Positions 20,436-30,453 of a stretch of 64,000 nt of DNA are shown here, piece after piece. Position 1 is the first letter of the stretch; each line of letters opens with the position of its first letter. Made by a program: the position numbers and the translations under genes. Origin of the DNA: a virus; IMG/VR virus record IMGVR_UViG_3300037258_000147, positions 1 through 64,000 of that record. One strand, given 5' to 3'. The notes below the pieces were generated by a model. It was given only the letters and a program-made list of their open reading frames with translations, made no database searches and was not told the origin of the DNA.

Positions 20436-23366
20436 CTAATTAGGTGTGCAAAGAATATTTACAGTTCCGCCACTAGCCGTTGTTGCTACGTGTGATATGG
20501 TAACTGAGTTTGTACCAACCGCCGAAATAAACCCAACTACTGTAGACGCTGCCGCCGTCGCGTTAGTCGGAGAAAACGTGCAGTGAGAAGATGAAGTCGC
20601 TCCAGTAACCGTAAAAGCGTCTGAAGTTGCTGTAGTATAAGTCCCGGCTCCGGACACTGCGATCTGGTTTGTTAATGCTAGTGTTCCTGCATTAGACGGT
20701 TGGGCGATTGTATTAGCACCCACCACATAGGTTCCCGGGAGGGTTACGGTTCCGGTAAAAGTTGGGGACGCTGTAGGGGCCGCTCCAAGAGTGTTATAAC
20801 TTATCGTTATCGCAGCAGACCCGTTGAAAGCCTGAGGAGACGCTCCGCCAGAACCAGAACTGTTAAATGTGACAGAATTTGTTAATATGCTTCCGGAATT
20901 TGGTCCGGTTACCCATTGCAAGGAAGCGTTGCACATCGAAAAGATAGGCTGTCCAGCAACTGGGTTCGTCAGCCACTCCGTCAGGCTCTCAGCAGGGCAG
21001 GCTGTTCCCGCAGTAGGCAGGCTTGAAACACGCTTTGCGTCAAACCCGTAGTCCCACGTTGTTACCTGCTGCCAAATCACCGAAGCTGCTCCGGCAGTAG
21101 GGCATCCACTTGTGGTTAAACAAACTGGGATTGGCGTCACCACTACGCCTGGAACGGCAAGCCCGGAGCATGGAGTAGCGGTCGAGTTCATTTGGACGCA
21201 CGTTACTTGCACTGTAGAACTGCCAGTGCCTCCCGAACCAGAATTCGCAATCACGAGCCAGTCGCCGATATGCACGGACCCTGTGGCAGCAGAAGGAATA
21301 TAGGCGGGGCTGAAATTCGTGATGTTGGCGCTCGACCCATTAATAGCCAAGGTTCCTACGGCAGTGACTTGCTCCGTCGAACTGAGCGAACCTCGCCCAC
21401 CAGTCGGTCTGATTACAACTGTAATCGGTCCTCCAGAAGCGGTAAAGTCAGCCCGCTTATTTACAAACCAGTCCCCCGCCTGCCGAAGAACATTGTTGCT
21501 AGAGCGGGATGATTTTGGGATTACGTCTAGCAGCCAGTCTTCGAGACCGATTCCCTGAAATGCCTTCGCGTCGGCTCCAAAAGACCACAACGCTCCTTGA
21601 GCTTCGGCGTCTGAACCATATTCTTGCTGAGTTGTTCTGTTTTTGTACAGCGACGAGGCGTCGAGGATGTAGTTGTGCCCGATGAACTCCGCCCCCACGT
21701 TTCCGGAGTTAGTACTAACAATAGGGTGCGGGTCCGTAAGATTTCCAGCCAGATTGTAATTCTTGATGTTAATGATCGGCTGGATGGTCGAGGGAGAAGT
21801 CTCGTCGTTGTTGAAAAAGAACCGGCCTTGGTCATTGTTTCCGACCAACGTAGTCGGAAGGTTTTCTTCGATTCTCGCGTTGTCTATCTCGATCAACTGC
21901 CCCGGCCCGCACGAGTCGCAGAACAAGTCTCCGGCTCCGTTGGTTGTCGGACGAATCGGCGACCCGCCGCAGGAATCGTAAATCCCAGCAGTGCAGGCAT
22001 ATGTGGAAACTGCCGTAGACACGTTGTTGTCCATCGTGTAGTCGCGCAATGCGATGGGGAATCCATCTGCTGTGTCAGTTGACCAAAATTTCAGGAAATA
22101 CCCGCCTAAAGCGTCGGTTCTGAAATGAGTGAAGTATCCATTTAGAATCTGTCCGGGCGTTACTTGGCTTCCCATTGTGATGCCGTCTCCGAAGAAGTTT
22201 TGAATCTGGAAGTTGTTCAAAACCGCGCGGGAATCTATGATCTCCTGGCTCGTAGTGGTCAGGTTCATGAAGTTCTGCGCCATGGTTGTGACGGTGCTTC
22301 CGGGATTGACTCCCTCAAAGCGCATGTTTTCGAATCCGCCCGCAGACAGACCGGGCCATTGCACCATGTACGTGTTCGAACCACCCGCCCCGTTGTAAAA
22401 GATATGGCTTGATCCGGGGAAGGCCCCTCTCCAGAAAACCTGAGAATTATACGTGTTGGGTATGACCTCCTCGTGCATACGATAGTTTCCCGTAGGCCAC
22501 AGAGAGGGCAGGCAACTCTGAACGCTGCTGAATGTGGAGCAGGAACCTGGCAAGACGCCATTTATATAGAGAGCAGAAGAATCGGACACCCCGGAATTAT
22601 CCGCCCCAAAATCACGCACGTTAGAAACACCGGTTCTGGCTGACTGCCCATTTCTTTGGTTATCCACCATCGGGTTGGTTTGGACTGGAGACCCTACTCC
22701 GGCATTGATGCAATTATAAGGAATAGTATCCGTACCAGAGTAGTTCTGCTCGATTAAAACAGAACCCCCAAACGTACAGGCGTCTACATAACTGGTTGTA
22801 ATTCCATTATTTCCGGTATTATTTCGAACCGCCGACCAGACAGTATTAGACACGCCAGCGAGCAAAGATTGGGAAATCAAATTAACAGAAGTCAGGGTAT
22901 GGGTATTAGGAGTAATCGTAATTGACGAGTCGCCCTGGAAAGCCGTGGCTCCTGAGTTAGCGAACTGGACTGCGAAAGACGGGGGTGCGGGGGTGCTTCC
23001 TCCGCTTAAACTGCAAATATTAGGAATGACTATCGGAGACTGACCGGGAGAAGAAATGGTTTCGGTTACGCAGTTTCCTAAAGAAATGTAATACGAATAG
23101 TTACCCGCCGCGTCTGCGGTTAAGACCGGGGGAGTTATTGGGGCGGTTAGCAGAGGGTCAGAATAAATAGACGCGGCTGAACCAGTCCCAGTGCTGGTAA
23201 CCGAGATTTTTGCAAACGGAGCTACGTTTGCCGCAATTCCTTGACTGGAGCGAGACAGGACTTGGCCTACTCGGTGAAATCCCGTAGTCGATTGAGCAGA
23301 CGAATTTTGTCCATAAAATGGACAGATCGCCAGAAGCAAAATTAATAGTTTCTTCATTAGTCTCAT
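20436..23366 (-). CDS. tailspike / receptor-binding protein with pectate-lyase-like beta-helix
   Basis: NVRDFGADNSGVSDSSA...WPTGNY; N-terminal ASIYSDP...LTADAAGNYSYY head-binding-like domain. Confidence 0.75.
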   Translation of the reverse strand: MRLMKKLLILLLAICPFYGQNSSAQSTTGFHRVGQVLSRSSQGIAANVAPFAKISVTSTGTGSAASIYSDPLLTAPITPPVLTADAAGNYSYYISLGNCVTETISSPGQSPIVIPNICSLSGGSTPAPPSFAVQFANSGATAFQGDSSITITPNTHTLTSVNLISQSLLAGVSNTVWSAVRNNTGNNGITTSYVDACTFGGSVLIEQNYSGTDTIPYNCINAGVGSPVQTNPMVDNQRNGQSARTGVSNVRDFGADNSGVSDSSALYINGVLPGSCSTFSSVQSCLPSLWPTGNYRMHEEVIPNTYNSQVFWRGAFPGSSHIFYNGAGGSNTYMVQWPGLSAGGFENMRFEGVNPGSTVTTMAQNFMNLTTTSQEIIDSRAVLNNFQIQNFFGDGITMGSQVTPGQILNGYFTHFRTDALGGYFLKFWSTDTADGFPIALRDYTMDNNVSTAVSTYACTAGIYDSCGGSPIRPTTNGAGDLFCDSCGPGQLIEIDNARIEENLPTTLVGNNDQGRFFFNNDETSPSTIQPIINIKNYNLAGNLTDPHPIVSTNSGNVGAEFIGHNYILDASSLYKNRTTQQEYGSDAEAQGALWSFGADAKAFQGIGLEDWLLDVIPKSSRSSNNVLRQAGDWFVNKRADFTASGGPITVVIRPTGGRGSLSSTEQVTAVGTLAINGSSANITNFSPAYIPSAATGSVHIGDWLVIANSGSGGTGSSTVQVTCVQMNSTATPCSGLAVPGVVVTPIPVCLTTSGCPTAGAASVIWQQVTTWDYGFDAKRVSSLPTAGTACPAESLTEWLTNPVAGQPIFSMCNASLQWVTGPNSGSILTNSVTFNSSGSGGASPQAFNGSAAITISYNTLGAAPTASPTFTGTVTLPGTYVVGANTIAQPSNAGTLALTNQIAVSGAGTYTTATSDAFTVTGATSSSHCTFSPTNATAAASTVVGFISAVGTNSVTISHVATTASGGTVNILCTPN

Positions 23367-23881
23367 TAGTATGGTGTCACCAAAACATTGAAAGTCGCGC
23401 CTGCTGTGCTAGGGTGGGTTACTACGAACTGACCTGCTGAAACCGAGGACACGTATGTAGATGTAAGCATTGTAGCAGCCGTTGAATTAGTCGGCTGTAA
23501 AAACACATGGCTTGTGCTGATAACCCCGACCAAAGTAACGGTGTCTGTTGCATTAGCAGTTGTTGTTAAAGTGGTTACTAGAGGGCCGTTGTTTGAGATG
23601 TTACTTATTGTGTACAAAGACCCCGAGGCAGAAGAAATGTTTTCGGTGACATTGTAATTAAGAGGAACAAAATAGTTATAGTTTCCGTCTTGATCTGCCG
23701 TAACCACAGAACCGGGAATTGTTATGGACAGGGCCGGGTCTGAGTAAATAACCGCAGCGGCTCCGCTTGAAGTCAAAGTTACGTATACTGAGGCATAGGG
23801 AACAACCAAAGACCCCACGCCCGAAAACTCGCGCATGGTAGCGCTACTAATTCTTTGCCAGCCTGTAGTTACTGTAGCCAC
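23366..23881 (-). CDS. short tail fibre/spike-related protein
   Basis: AVIYSDP...VTADQDGNYNYF and a C-terminal domain both resemble the ends of the neighbouring 976-aa protein. Confidence 0.6.
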   Translation of the reverse strand: MATVTTGWQRISSATMREFSGVGSLVVPYASVYVTLTSSGAAAVIYSDPALSITIPGSVVTADQDGNYNYFVPLNYNVTENISSASGSLYTISNISNNGPLVTTLTTTANATDTVTLVGVISTSHVFLQPTNSTAATMLTSTYVSSVSAGQFVVTHPSTAGATFNVLVTPY

Positions 23882-24813
23882 TAAGCACGCCCCTGCTGTA
23901 CGGTCATTGTTTGTCTGATGCTGTTCAACCGATCACTTAACCAGAGATTTTTCTGAGTCTGGTCTAATCCTTCCGCACAGGAAGCGAGGTTGGTATAAAA
24001 CGTCTGATAGGAGTTTGTAAATCTAGGGTCTCCGCTGTACTCGTAAGCCTTTGCTTGGAAACCTTCATTTACTATATATCCTAAATAATCCGGAATAGGA
24101 GCCCAAGTCTGCTGAATCGAGGTGAACAACTGGGCAGAATTTTGGAACTCAACCGCTACATTATAAACTTTGTCGGGGGCTGGGAATATACGAAACGTGA
24201 TATTACCAGCATCGTCGTCGAATTGCGCCGAAATTCTAGCAGGCTGATTAGATGTAGTTTCTGCGGATAAATCTAGACTGACTTGTAATTCGTAAGCCTG
24301 ATATCCAGCGTTTGGATCGTAAGCAGTTGCTTTTTCTATCCAACCAAAATTAGGAATATTGACTGTGTAATCCGGAACTCCAATTTGAGTTTGAAACAGC
24401 GGAGATGCGTATGTTCCTCCGTCCCCTCTATTCCACCTCCAACCCCCCAAAGACGGAGATAGAATTGTCTGCATCACCCAATCAGCGTTTGAAAAAGCAG
24501 GGTCGTTAGAAGTCAGAATTGTGATTTCAAGACCAGAACCCGTACCTCCCGAGACCCCGCTAGTCGAGTTATTAATAAACCCATACCCACCCGATAAAAG
24601 TAATAGTCCGGTCGCTCCCCCGCTTCCATTGATAGCGGTTATCATTGCCCTGCCTTGGAAACCTCCACCAAGACTTACTATATCTCCGACAGTATAAGCC
24701 GTTCCAGCCGCAATAATTTCGAGGTTTACCGCCGCTGTAAAGATAAGCGGAGCCAGACGAAGGAATTGCTGGGCCAGATTAACTGTCCGCTGGAGTGTTA
24801 TAGTTGAAGCCAT
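23881..24813 (-). CDS. head-tail adaptor-like protein (paralogue of 19320-20411)
   Basis: WRWNR...DY...FGWIEK...FRIFPAPD shared with the other adaptor. Confidence 0.65.
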   Translation of the reverse strand: MASTITLQRTVNLAQQFLRLAPLIFTAAVNLEIIAAGTAYTVGDIVSLGGGFQGRAMITAINGSGGATGLLLLSGGYGFINNSTSGVSGGTGSGLEITILTSNDPAFSNADWVMQTILSPSLGGWRWNRGDGGTYASPLFQTQIGVPDYTVNIPNFGWIEKATAYDPNAGYQAYELQVSLDLSAETTSNQPARISAQFDDDAGNITFRIFPAPDKVYNVAVEFQNSAQLFTSIQQTWAPIPDYLGYIVNEGFQAKAYEYSGDPRFTNSYQTFYTNLASCAEGLDQTQKNLWLSDRLNSIRQTMTVQQGRA

Positions 24814-24822
24814 GTAGTTGGA

Positions 24823-25230
24823 TTACCTCGGGGGAATTAAGTATTCAGGGATGGACTTCATAAAGACCATTGTTAGTTGCTGGGTCTGCTGTTCTAAAAC
24901 TCTCATAAAGTCCATAGTAGAGGATTCAGATAGAAACGGACTTATCTTTTCGTGGAACGGGTCTAGTAATAAATGTATGGTTTCGTGGACGATAGACATT
25001 GTAAGTCTGCCCATAGTCTCCGTAGTATTTTCTTCGAAGTCGGTTTTGGACTGTTTATATAGCTTTAAAGTAGCCGAATAATACGTAGAATTTACTGTGG
25101 CTTCCGCGTAGGAATCGTCTTTGTCGGTAGCATAAAATTCGGTCTTGATCCGCCAGCCTTGCAGGTTAAAATACTCGCGGAGGTTCTCTATGAAGGCGGT
25201 TACCCACCCTTCGTAAGCTTCCGTTTCCAT
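24823..25230 (-). CDS. HExxH zincin-like protein
   Basis: IVHETIHLLL. Confidence 0.6.
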   Translation of the reverse strand: METEAYEGWVTAFIENLREYFNLQGWRIKTEFYATDKDDSYAEATVNSTYYSATLKLYKQSKTDFEENTTETMGRLTMSIVHETIHLLLDPFHEKISPFLSESSTMDFMRVLEQQTQQLTMVFMKSIPEYLIPPR

Positions 25231-25238
25231 TTTTTCTC

Positions 25239-25835
25239 CTATGAGTCTTTTAGAAACGCTTCGTTAATTGCAGCACTCGGGTCCAATACTGTTCTAAATC
25301 CGGCGGCGGACAAGCGGTTGAAGCTGGGTTTTCTGCGCCACAGAGCGTAGTCTTCTTGACCCGGATAGAAGATACGTCCGCAGGTAGTGCAAACTCCAGC
25401 GATTCCGCCTACGTCGTTGCGGTGCCATGCAATCGAAGTACGGCCTGCAATGTCGCGTTGTTCGGACAATTCGCTGCCGCCTGCGATGTGGTCACAAATC
25501 GACTGAGAAGCCTTGATGTTAGTCTTCTTCCGAAGTTCCAATTCCTTTTCGTTCTTGCGGAATAGTTCATCGTTTGCTTCTCGTGCTTTTTGTTCTTTAG
25601 TCTTGATTACTTCTCTAGGCTTTGTGGTCTCTAGAATAGCGTCTGCCAAGGCTTGATTGGCTACTGACTGATTTTCTGTCAGCTTCGCCATCTGTTCCTG
25701 CATTTTAGCAATGATGGATAAAAGTTGGTCTGTAGACAATGGCGAAACCGAAACCGGATCAGCTACCGGGGTTTCTTGATTCGCGGAGATATCCGCGTCC
25801 TTGGCTTTGTAAAAACTAGGGGGCTTAATTGACAT
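25239..25835 (-). CDS. hypothetical protein
   Basis: start MSIKPP after GGAG RBS; coiled coil plus CDH...CTTC. Confidence 0.65.
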   Translation of the reverse strand: MSIKPPSFYKAKDADISANQETPVADPVSVSPLSTDQLLSIIAKMQEQMAKLTENQSVANQALADAILETTKPREVIKTKEQKAREANDELFRKNEKELELRKKTNIKASQSICDHIAGGSELSEQRDIAGRTSIAWHRNDVGGIAGVCTTCGRIFYPGQEDYALWRRKPSFNRLSAAGFRTVLDPSAAINEAFLKDS

Positions 25836-25890
25836 TTCATTCTCCTTGAGAAATCCTCTCAAACGGGTTTTTGTCCATTTAATGGACTTG

Positions 25891-26085
25891 TTACTTTTTC
25901 TTCTTGGCTGGTTTCACGACTTCGCCCTTGTGAACCAAAGCCATCCCGGTCTTTTTTACTTTCCCACCCTTTTTGTAAGACGGAGGAGAAGCAAGACCTG
26001 GTTTTGGTCTGGCTGGGGTAATCGGAGTAATTGGTTTTGGAGTTTTCGGGACGGGTAGAAGTGGTCCCCTCGGCGGTAGCATCAT
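25891..26085 (-). CDS. small basic protein
   Basis: YKKGGKVKKTG...HKGE motif common in phage late regions. Confidence 0.55.
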   Translation of the reverse strand: MMLPPRGPLLPVPKTPKPITPITPARPKPGLASPPSYKKGGKVKKTGMALVHKGEVVKPAKKKK

Positions 26086-26094
26086 ATATTTTCC

Positions 26095-26763
26095 TTATGC
26101 TTTGGATTTTTTATTTCTAAATTGGTGGAGTTTTTTGGCCCAATATTCTGGACAGGATGGTACTCCAAATTCCTTGTTTATTTGTTCCTCGGTTAGAATC
26201 TTGGACTCTATGAATCTTAGGAGTACAGACCTCCAACCCATTTTCTTAGCCCGAAGTAAAATATCTCGTTGGTCAAATTCGTATTCAGAATATTCAGGAA
26301 GTACGCCCAAAGTACAGTACCCCAAATACTTAAACGACTGTCCGTTCCAATCTTTTCTCTGCGATCCACTGGTGATATATAAAGCGATATCCCCGGCGAT
26401 GCCCCCTTGGGTTATGTACAAACTAGGCAGGATGTGGTGGAGTTTTTGGATGAATAATGAGCAGTCCATAGGACGACCAGTCCGGGAACCCCGCAAGTCG
26501 TCGGTGTCAGGATGTCTTTGTCTGCGAGTGCCTTCCGAGTTGTAATTCATTTCTCTTAATCGAGAAGTGTGCTCAGACAGACTTAGGCGGGGTTGGGTTT
26601 TGCACCAACTACACTGAGGTTCCCGGCCATTCTTGTACGCAGAATTTCTATCAAAAAATTCCCATGTTAACAAACGAAAACATGAGTGGCACTCTTGACC
26701 CCTGAGTTCTGAATCGACTCCGGCTTCGTAATTAATTACGTCATAGTCGGATTCGATTCTCAT
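26095..26763 (-). CDS. hypothetical protein with N-terminal CxxC...CxxC
   Basis: ORF track; operon continuity. Confidence 0.65.
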   Translation of the reverse strand: MRIESDYDVINYEAGVDSELRGQECHSCFRLLTWEFFDRNSAYKNGREPQCSWCKTQPRLSLSEHTSRLREMNYNSEGTRRQRHPDTDDLRGSRTGRPMDCSLFIQKLHHILPSLYITQGGIAGDIALYITSGSQRKDWNGQSFKYLGYCTLGVLPEYSEYEFDQRDILLRAKKMGWRSVLLRFIESKILTEEQINKEFGVPSCPEYWAKKLHQFRNKKSKA

Positions 26764-27026
26764 TCAGGTATCCAGAGTTTAGCTTCTGGAACCGGTTCGA
26801 AGATTTCCGCAAGTTTGGCTTCTACTTTTTTGATGAAGTCTCCAGCAATTGCGTTTTCTTCTGCCGAGTCCGCGTTAACCCCAATGATTCGTTCTACGTC
26901 CAAGTCCCCGTTGTCTTTTTTGACTACTAAGACAAGAGCATGACCAATTACGTGCCCTTGGTCTACGTCTGGTTTCTTCGATTCCCAAGAATCTTGAGAG
27001 TTGAAAATTTGTACTAAAGCTGACAT
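26760..27026 (-). CDS. hypothetical protein
   Basis: ORF track; AAGGA RBS. Confidence 0.6.
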   Translation of the reverse strand: MSALVQIFNSQDSWESKKPDVDQGHVIGHALVLVVKKDNGDLDVERIIGVNADSAEENAIAGDFIKKVEAKLAEIFEPVPEAKLWIPE

Positions 27027-27099
27027 ATTTTCCTTAGTCCATTAATCGGACAGATTGTGGGGAGCAATAACCTTTCGGCGATGCTCCCCAGATAGATTA

Positions 27100-27777
27100 C
27101 TACCATTTGTCTAGGCAAAATTCTCTCAACGTGATTGTTGACGAAGCGCCGTTACCTAGGGTCAATCCGCCCACGAACGATAGGTTTGCCGCAGTTACGC
27201 TAGTTACGCTAGTGAACTTGGTTGGAGCTACGATCTGAGACGTAGCAGCAAACGTAACAATTCCAGTGTAGTATCCAGCAAGAATTTCGGACGTTGCGTC
27301 CCATATGCAGTTTGCTTCGACCACGAAACTAAACGCTCCGCCAGCCACAGCAGCAAGCCCAGTTCCGGTAGACCCGATCAGGTTGTCCGATCCGAGGGTT
27401 GCTGAGGTGCCTTGATACAAGTTAACTTGAATAGTTTGGGCACCGTTAGCCCCCGCGTTTCCAATTCCAGCAATCTTCAGCTTGAAGGGATGCCCGTCCC
27501 AAGACGCGGACGAGAATTGGTCATTAGACTCTCCGGAAGGGAGACCCCAAAGTTGCCCAGACCGGCCTGTAATAGACGAGTTTGCATTTACATCAAGTTT
27601 TTGCTGCGCTCCGAAAATCGATCCCCCGGTAGGCAGGACTAGGAAATAATTAGCAGTACCAGAATCGGTGCTGATTGTTAGAGGAGTTGCTGTGGTGGTG
27701 GCCACAGTCTGGGTGGGAAACTGGTTACGACTTGACCCGCTTCCGGAAAACCCGAATACGCTATTAGAATTTGACAT
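27100..27777 (-). CDS. putative virion structural/decoration protein (paralogue of 49579-50232)
   Basis: beta-rich; WDGHPFKLKIAG, IWDATS, ITLREF shared with paralogue. Confidence 0.6.
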   Translation of the reverse strand: MSNSNSVFGFSGSGSSRNQFPTQTVATTTATPLTISTDSGTANYFLVLPTGGSIFGAQQKLDVNANSSITGRSGQLWGLPSGESNDQFSSASWDGHPFKLKIAGIGNAGANGAQTIQVNLYQGTSATLGSDNLIGSTGTGLAAVAGGAFSFVVEANCIWDATSEILAGYYTGIVTFAATSQIVAPTKFTSVTSVTAANLSFVGGLTLGNGASSTITLREFCLDKW

Positions 27778-27810
27778 TTTTGATCCTTTTGTTGGTTTGC
27801 CCGTTACGGG

Positions 27811-28449
27811 TTATGTGATTGACCCAGCTTTACTACCCTGCTGGCCTTTGACTGGTCTGAAAATTGGTTCGGCCTTCATCTTGCCGTCTTGGAAATAAAT
27901 TGCAATCGCCCCGCCGGGTTCGACTAGCTTTTCTTTATGATTTCCGGTAGACATGGCAGAAACTTCGTGTACAACCGACGAATGCGCTACGAGTAATGGT
28001 GGGACCCCGTGTTCCTCGTATATCTTAAGGGCTTGGGCTATGCAGGGCCTTATTCGAGATTTGAAGTCATTCAGAGATTCCCCACCGGGAATTGTACAGT
28101 TTGGATCGTCCAGATAGGTTTGAAGATCGGCTTCGGAGTCTGTAGTTCTAGGCTGGCCGGAAAAATCCCCGACATTCAAGGCCCGCAGGTTTTCGGACGG
28201 GTGGACTTTATATCCCTTTTTCTGCGCTATGATTTCTGCGGTTTTGGTTGCTCGCTGTTTATCGGAGCAGAAGATACAAGAAAGGTCTATATTTTCGAAG
28301 AGGTTTGCTAATGTGTGGGCTTGTTTTAGTCCGGCAGAATCCAAAGGAGGGTTTGCAGAGCCCCGAAATTTTTTCTCGTGATTGAGTACGGTCTGGCCGT
28401 GACGTACTATAAAACACGCGATTGGGGAATCAGGAGGAGATAACATCAT
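27811..28449 (-). CDS. histidine phosphatase family protein
   Basis: VRHGQT, SDKQRA, PGGES and VAH motifs. Confidence 0.9.
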   Translation of the reverse strand: MMLSPPDSPIACFIVRHGQTVLNHEKKFRGSANPPLDSAGLKQAHTLANLFENIDLSCIFCSDKQRATKTAEIIAQKKGYKVHPSENLRALNVGDFSGQPRTTDSEADLQTYLDDPNCTIPGGESLNDFKSRIRPCIAQALKIYEEHGVPPLLVAHSSVVHEVSAMSTGNHKEKLVEPGGAIAIYFQDGKMKAEPIFRPVKGQQGSKAGSIT

Positions 28450-28876
28450 CAGGTTCCTTGGGTTTGGATTGTCGAGGCTTTTTGGGCTGGGATGGTACGG
28501 GGGCTGACGGGGGTGGAATCTCAAAGTCGAAACCTGTAAATTTAGTGTTCTGGTCTAATGAAGCCGCATACTGACGGAGCGCCTCCATGTCGATAGTTTC
28601 GCCGCCAAACATGGTTGCTGTGGTTACACTAGCTCTCAAGGTTGGAGTTTGGGGAGGGTGTTCAAACTCTACGCCGTCCAGTTCCACGTTTAGTTCTTCC
28701 ACAAACCTGCGGAGGTCTTCGTGTTTGGCAAAGGGGGACTTCCGAACGACTAATAACTCTACCGCTTGCTTGCGGTAGTCGTGCGGGGCCGCATCATTGC
28801 GTCCGAGGTCTCTTAGAATGTGGTCTGGAAATTGTGTTAGGTGGGCGTAGTTATCGAAAAACGGGTCAGTTGGCAT
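28430..28876 (-). CDS. hypothetical protein
   Basis: ORF track; GGAG RBS. Confidence 0.6.
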   Translation of the reverse strand: MPTDPFFDNYAHLTQFPDHILRDLGRNDAAPHDYRKQAVELLVVRKSPFAKHEDLRRFVEELNVELDGVEFEHPPQTPTLRASVTTATMFGGETIDMEALRQYAASLDQNTKFTGFDFEIPPPSAPVPSQPKKPRQSKPKEPDDVISS

Positions 28877-28889
28877 TGCTCTCCGTGGC

Positions 28890-29069
28890 CTAGGCAGGCA
28901 GCGAGTCTTGAAATTCTTTTATAAATTGTCTGGACATATCTAATTCTTTAAGGATGTCTTCCATCCTCTCGGCAGACCCGTCAGACACCGCCACCATTTC
29001 GATGCGAAACAAGGCGTCGGCTACTAGGTCCGATACTTTAATAAAAGCGAGTTTGGTTTCTTTATCCAT
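28890..29069 (-). CDS. hypothetical protein (59 aa)
   Basis: MDKETKLAFIKVSDLVADALFRIE...; manual translation. Confidence 0.45.
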   Translation of the reverse strand: MDKETKLAFIKVSDLVADALFRIEMVAVSDGSAERMEDILKELDMSRQFIKEFQDSLPA

Positions 29070-29302
29070 AATAAAAAGGCAGGTTGTTAAGGCTTAGACA
29101 CATTTGCCCGGATTTCAGATACAAACCCAATAGGCAACGAGATCATCGGTGACTTTGAAATTGTTTCTACAATCCAACATGAATAACTTCCTCGGTAGTT
29201 TTGGGCAAAACCGCCGGATGGGTTCCCCGACAACCTGCGTAGTCCATTTTGTGGACAAAGTGCGGAACGGGCAATTCCGTCTGCTCCGCCGCACAAGGGG
29301 AA

Positions 29303-29377
29303 GCCGGGACCACGAGAAAGGAGGTAAGCGCGATCCCGGCGGACGACAGCGTATGAGGAGGAGGCAAGGCTGTCGTC
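29303..29377 (-). ncRNA. candidate sRNA: two hairpins with anti-Shine-Dalgarno loops
   Basis: GACGACAGC[CTTGCCTCCTCCTCATAC]GCTGTCGTC and GCCGGGATCGCG[CTTACCTCCTTTCT]CGTGGTCCCGGC. Confidence 0.6.
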
Positions 29378-29517
29378 AATCTAACTTAAATTTAATTGCT
29401 CGATAGCATAATCACGCTCTAGGCGGCAGTAAGTACCCCCAAGATGTTCATGCCTGCTTCCCTATTTACGAAACACGGGACCGGGCCGGTGAAACCCGCT
29501 ACCAAGCAAACTTAAAC

Positions 29518-29838
29518 CTACTTCTTCGGAGTCTCGGCAGGCTTTACAGGCGCTGGCTTCGGCACCAAAACGGGGTCCGCTCCAGTTACGTCTACTGTAA
29601 ATCCCGGGAACTCGTCTTCGATCTTCTTTAGTAGATCGGAGTACTGAGCCCGGATATTTGCCTGGTCCGAAGTCAAAGCGTTAATCGCGTTGGTGTCGTC
29701 CTTGAACTTCAATTCCAGATTCTGGACCTTGAGTTTTTGAAGTTCGGACAGTTGGGGTGTGGGCTTTTGAGAATGAGCCAAAGGCATAAACCCCGCAGCC
29801 AAGATTAAGCAGAAGCTAATTAAACTGATTCTCTTCAT
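29518..29838 (-). CDS. secreted coiled-coil protein
   Basis: signal peptide MKRISLISFCLILAAGFMPLAHS-Q. Confidence 0.65.
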   Translation of the reverse strand: MKRISLISFCLILAAGFMPLAHSQKPTPQLSELQKLKVQNLELKFKDDTNAINALTSDQANIRAQYSDLLKKIEDEFPGFTVDVTGADPVLVPKPAPVKPAETPKK

Positions 29839-29851
29839 CTTTTCCTTTTGG

Positions 29852-30070
29852 TTATTTAATTCTTGAATGTGGCAGCTGTTTGAGGTGCTTGTGGTAAAAA
29901 ATTCCGTGACTATCGGAAGATTCAAATTTATCGGCTAAATCTTCGTCTACCCCGCCTACAGCATAGGCTTTTCCGTCATTTAAGTCTACTTCCAACGTTC
30001 CAGAATCCGGGTCATGTCTAGCTCCATGTATCTGGGAACTTGGTTTTAAGGTCAGAGTACGCTGGGCCAT
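29852..30070 (-). CDS. KTSC domain protein
   Basis: SSQIHGARHDPDSGTLEV...Y.V.GV...SDSHGIFYHKHLK. Confidence 0.85.
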   Translation of the reverse strand: MAQRTLTLKPSSQIHGARHDPDSGTLEVDLNDGKAYAVGGVDEDLADKFESSDSHGIFYHKHLKQLPHSRIK

Positions 30071-30222
30071 TACTTGACTTTTTTCAATTTCTGATTCTTG
30101 GCTTTGGCGGACTTACTAGCGTTGCGAGTAGCGTTTGCTAAAATAGCCCCAGCCGAGGATTTGCTATATCCCTCGCCTCGAATCTTTTTAGCTACAGCTT
30201 TGAAACCTGGATGTTTCTGCAT
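30070..30222 (-). CDS. small basic protein (50 aa)
   Basis: MQKHPGFKAVAKKIRGEGYSKSSAGAILANATRNASKSAKAKNQKLKKVK; AAGGAG RBS. Confidence 0.65.
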   Translation of the reverse strand: MQKHPGFKAVAKKIRGEGYSKSSAGAILANATRNASKSAKAKNQKLKKVK

Positions 30223-30453
30223 ACTTAGTTCTCCTTGTTAATTACAGGGGCGGGAATAGAGACTAACGTGTGTTCTTCGGGGATGCAATAGAGTCTTCTA
30301 TTCCCCTACTACACGATCATATCCCCGCCCCATCTTGTTAGAACAACTCTAATCCGGTTCCGCAAGTTCCGCAGAACTTATCCCTTGATTTACCTATTGT
30401 ACCACAAGTCGGACAGTCCCCTTTCGCGGACAACTAAAAACTAGACTAAATAC

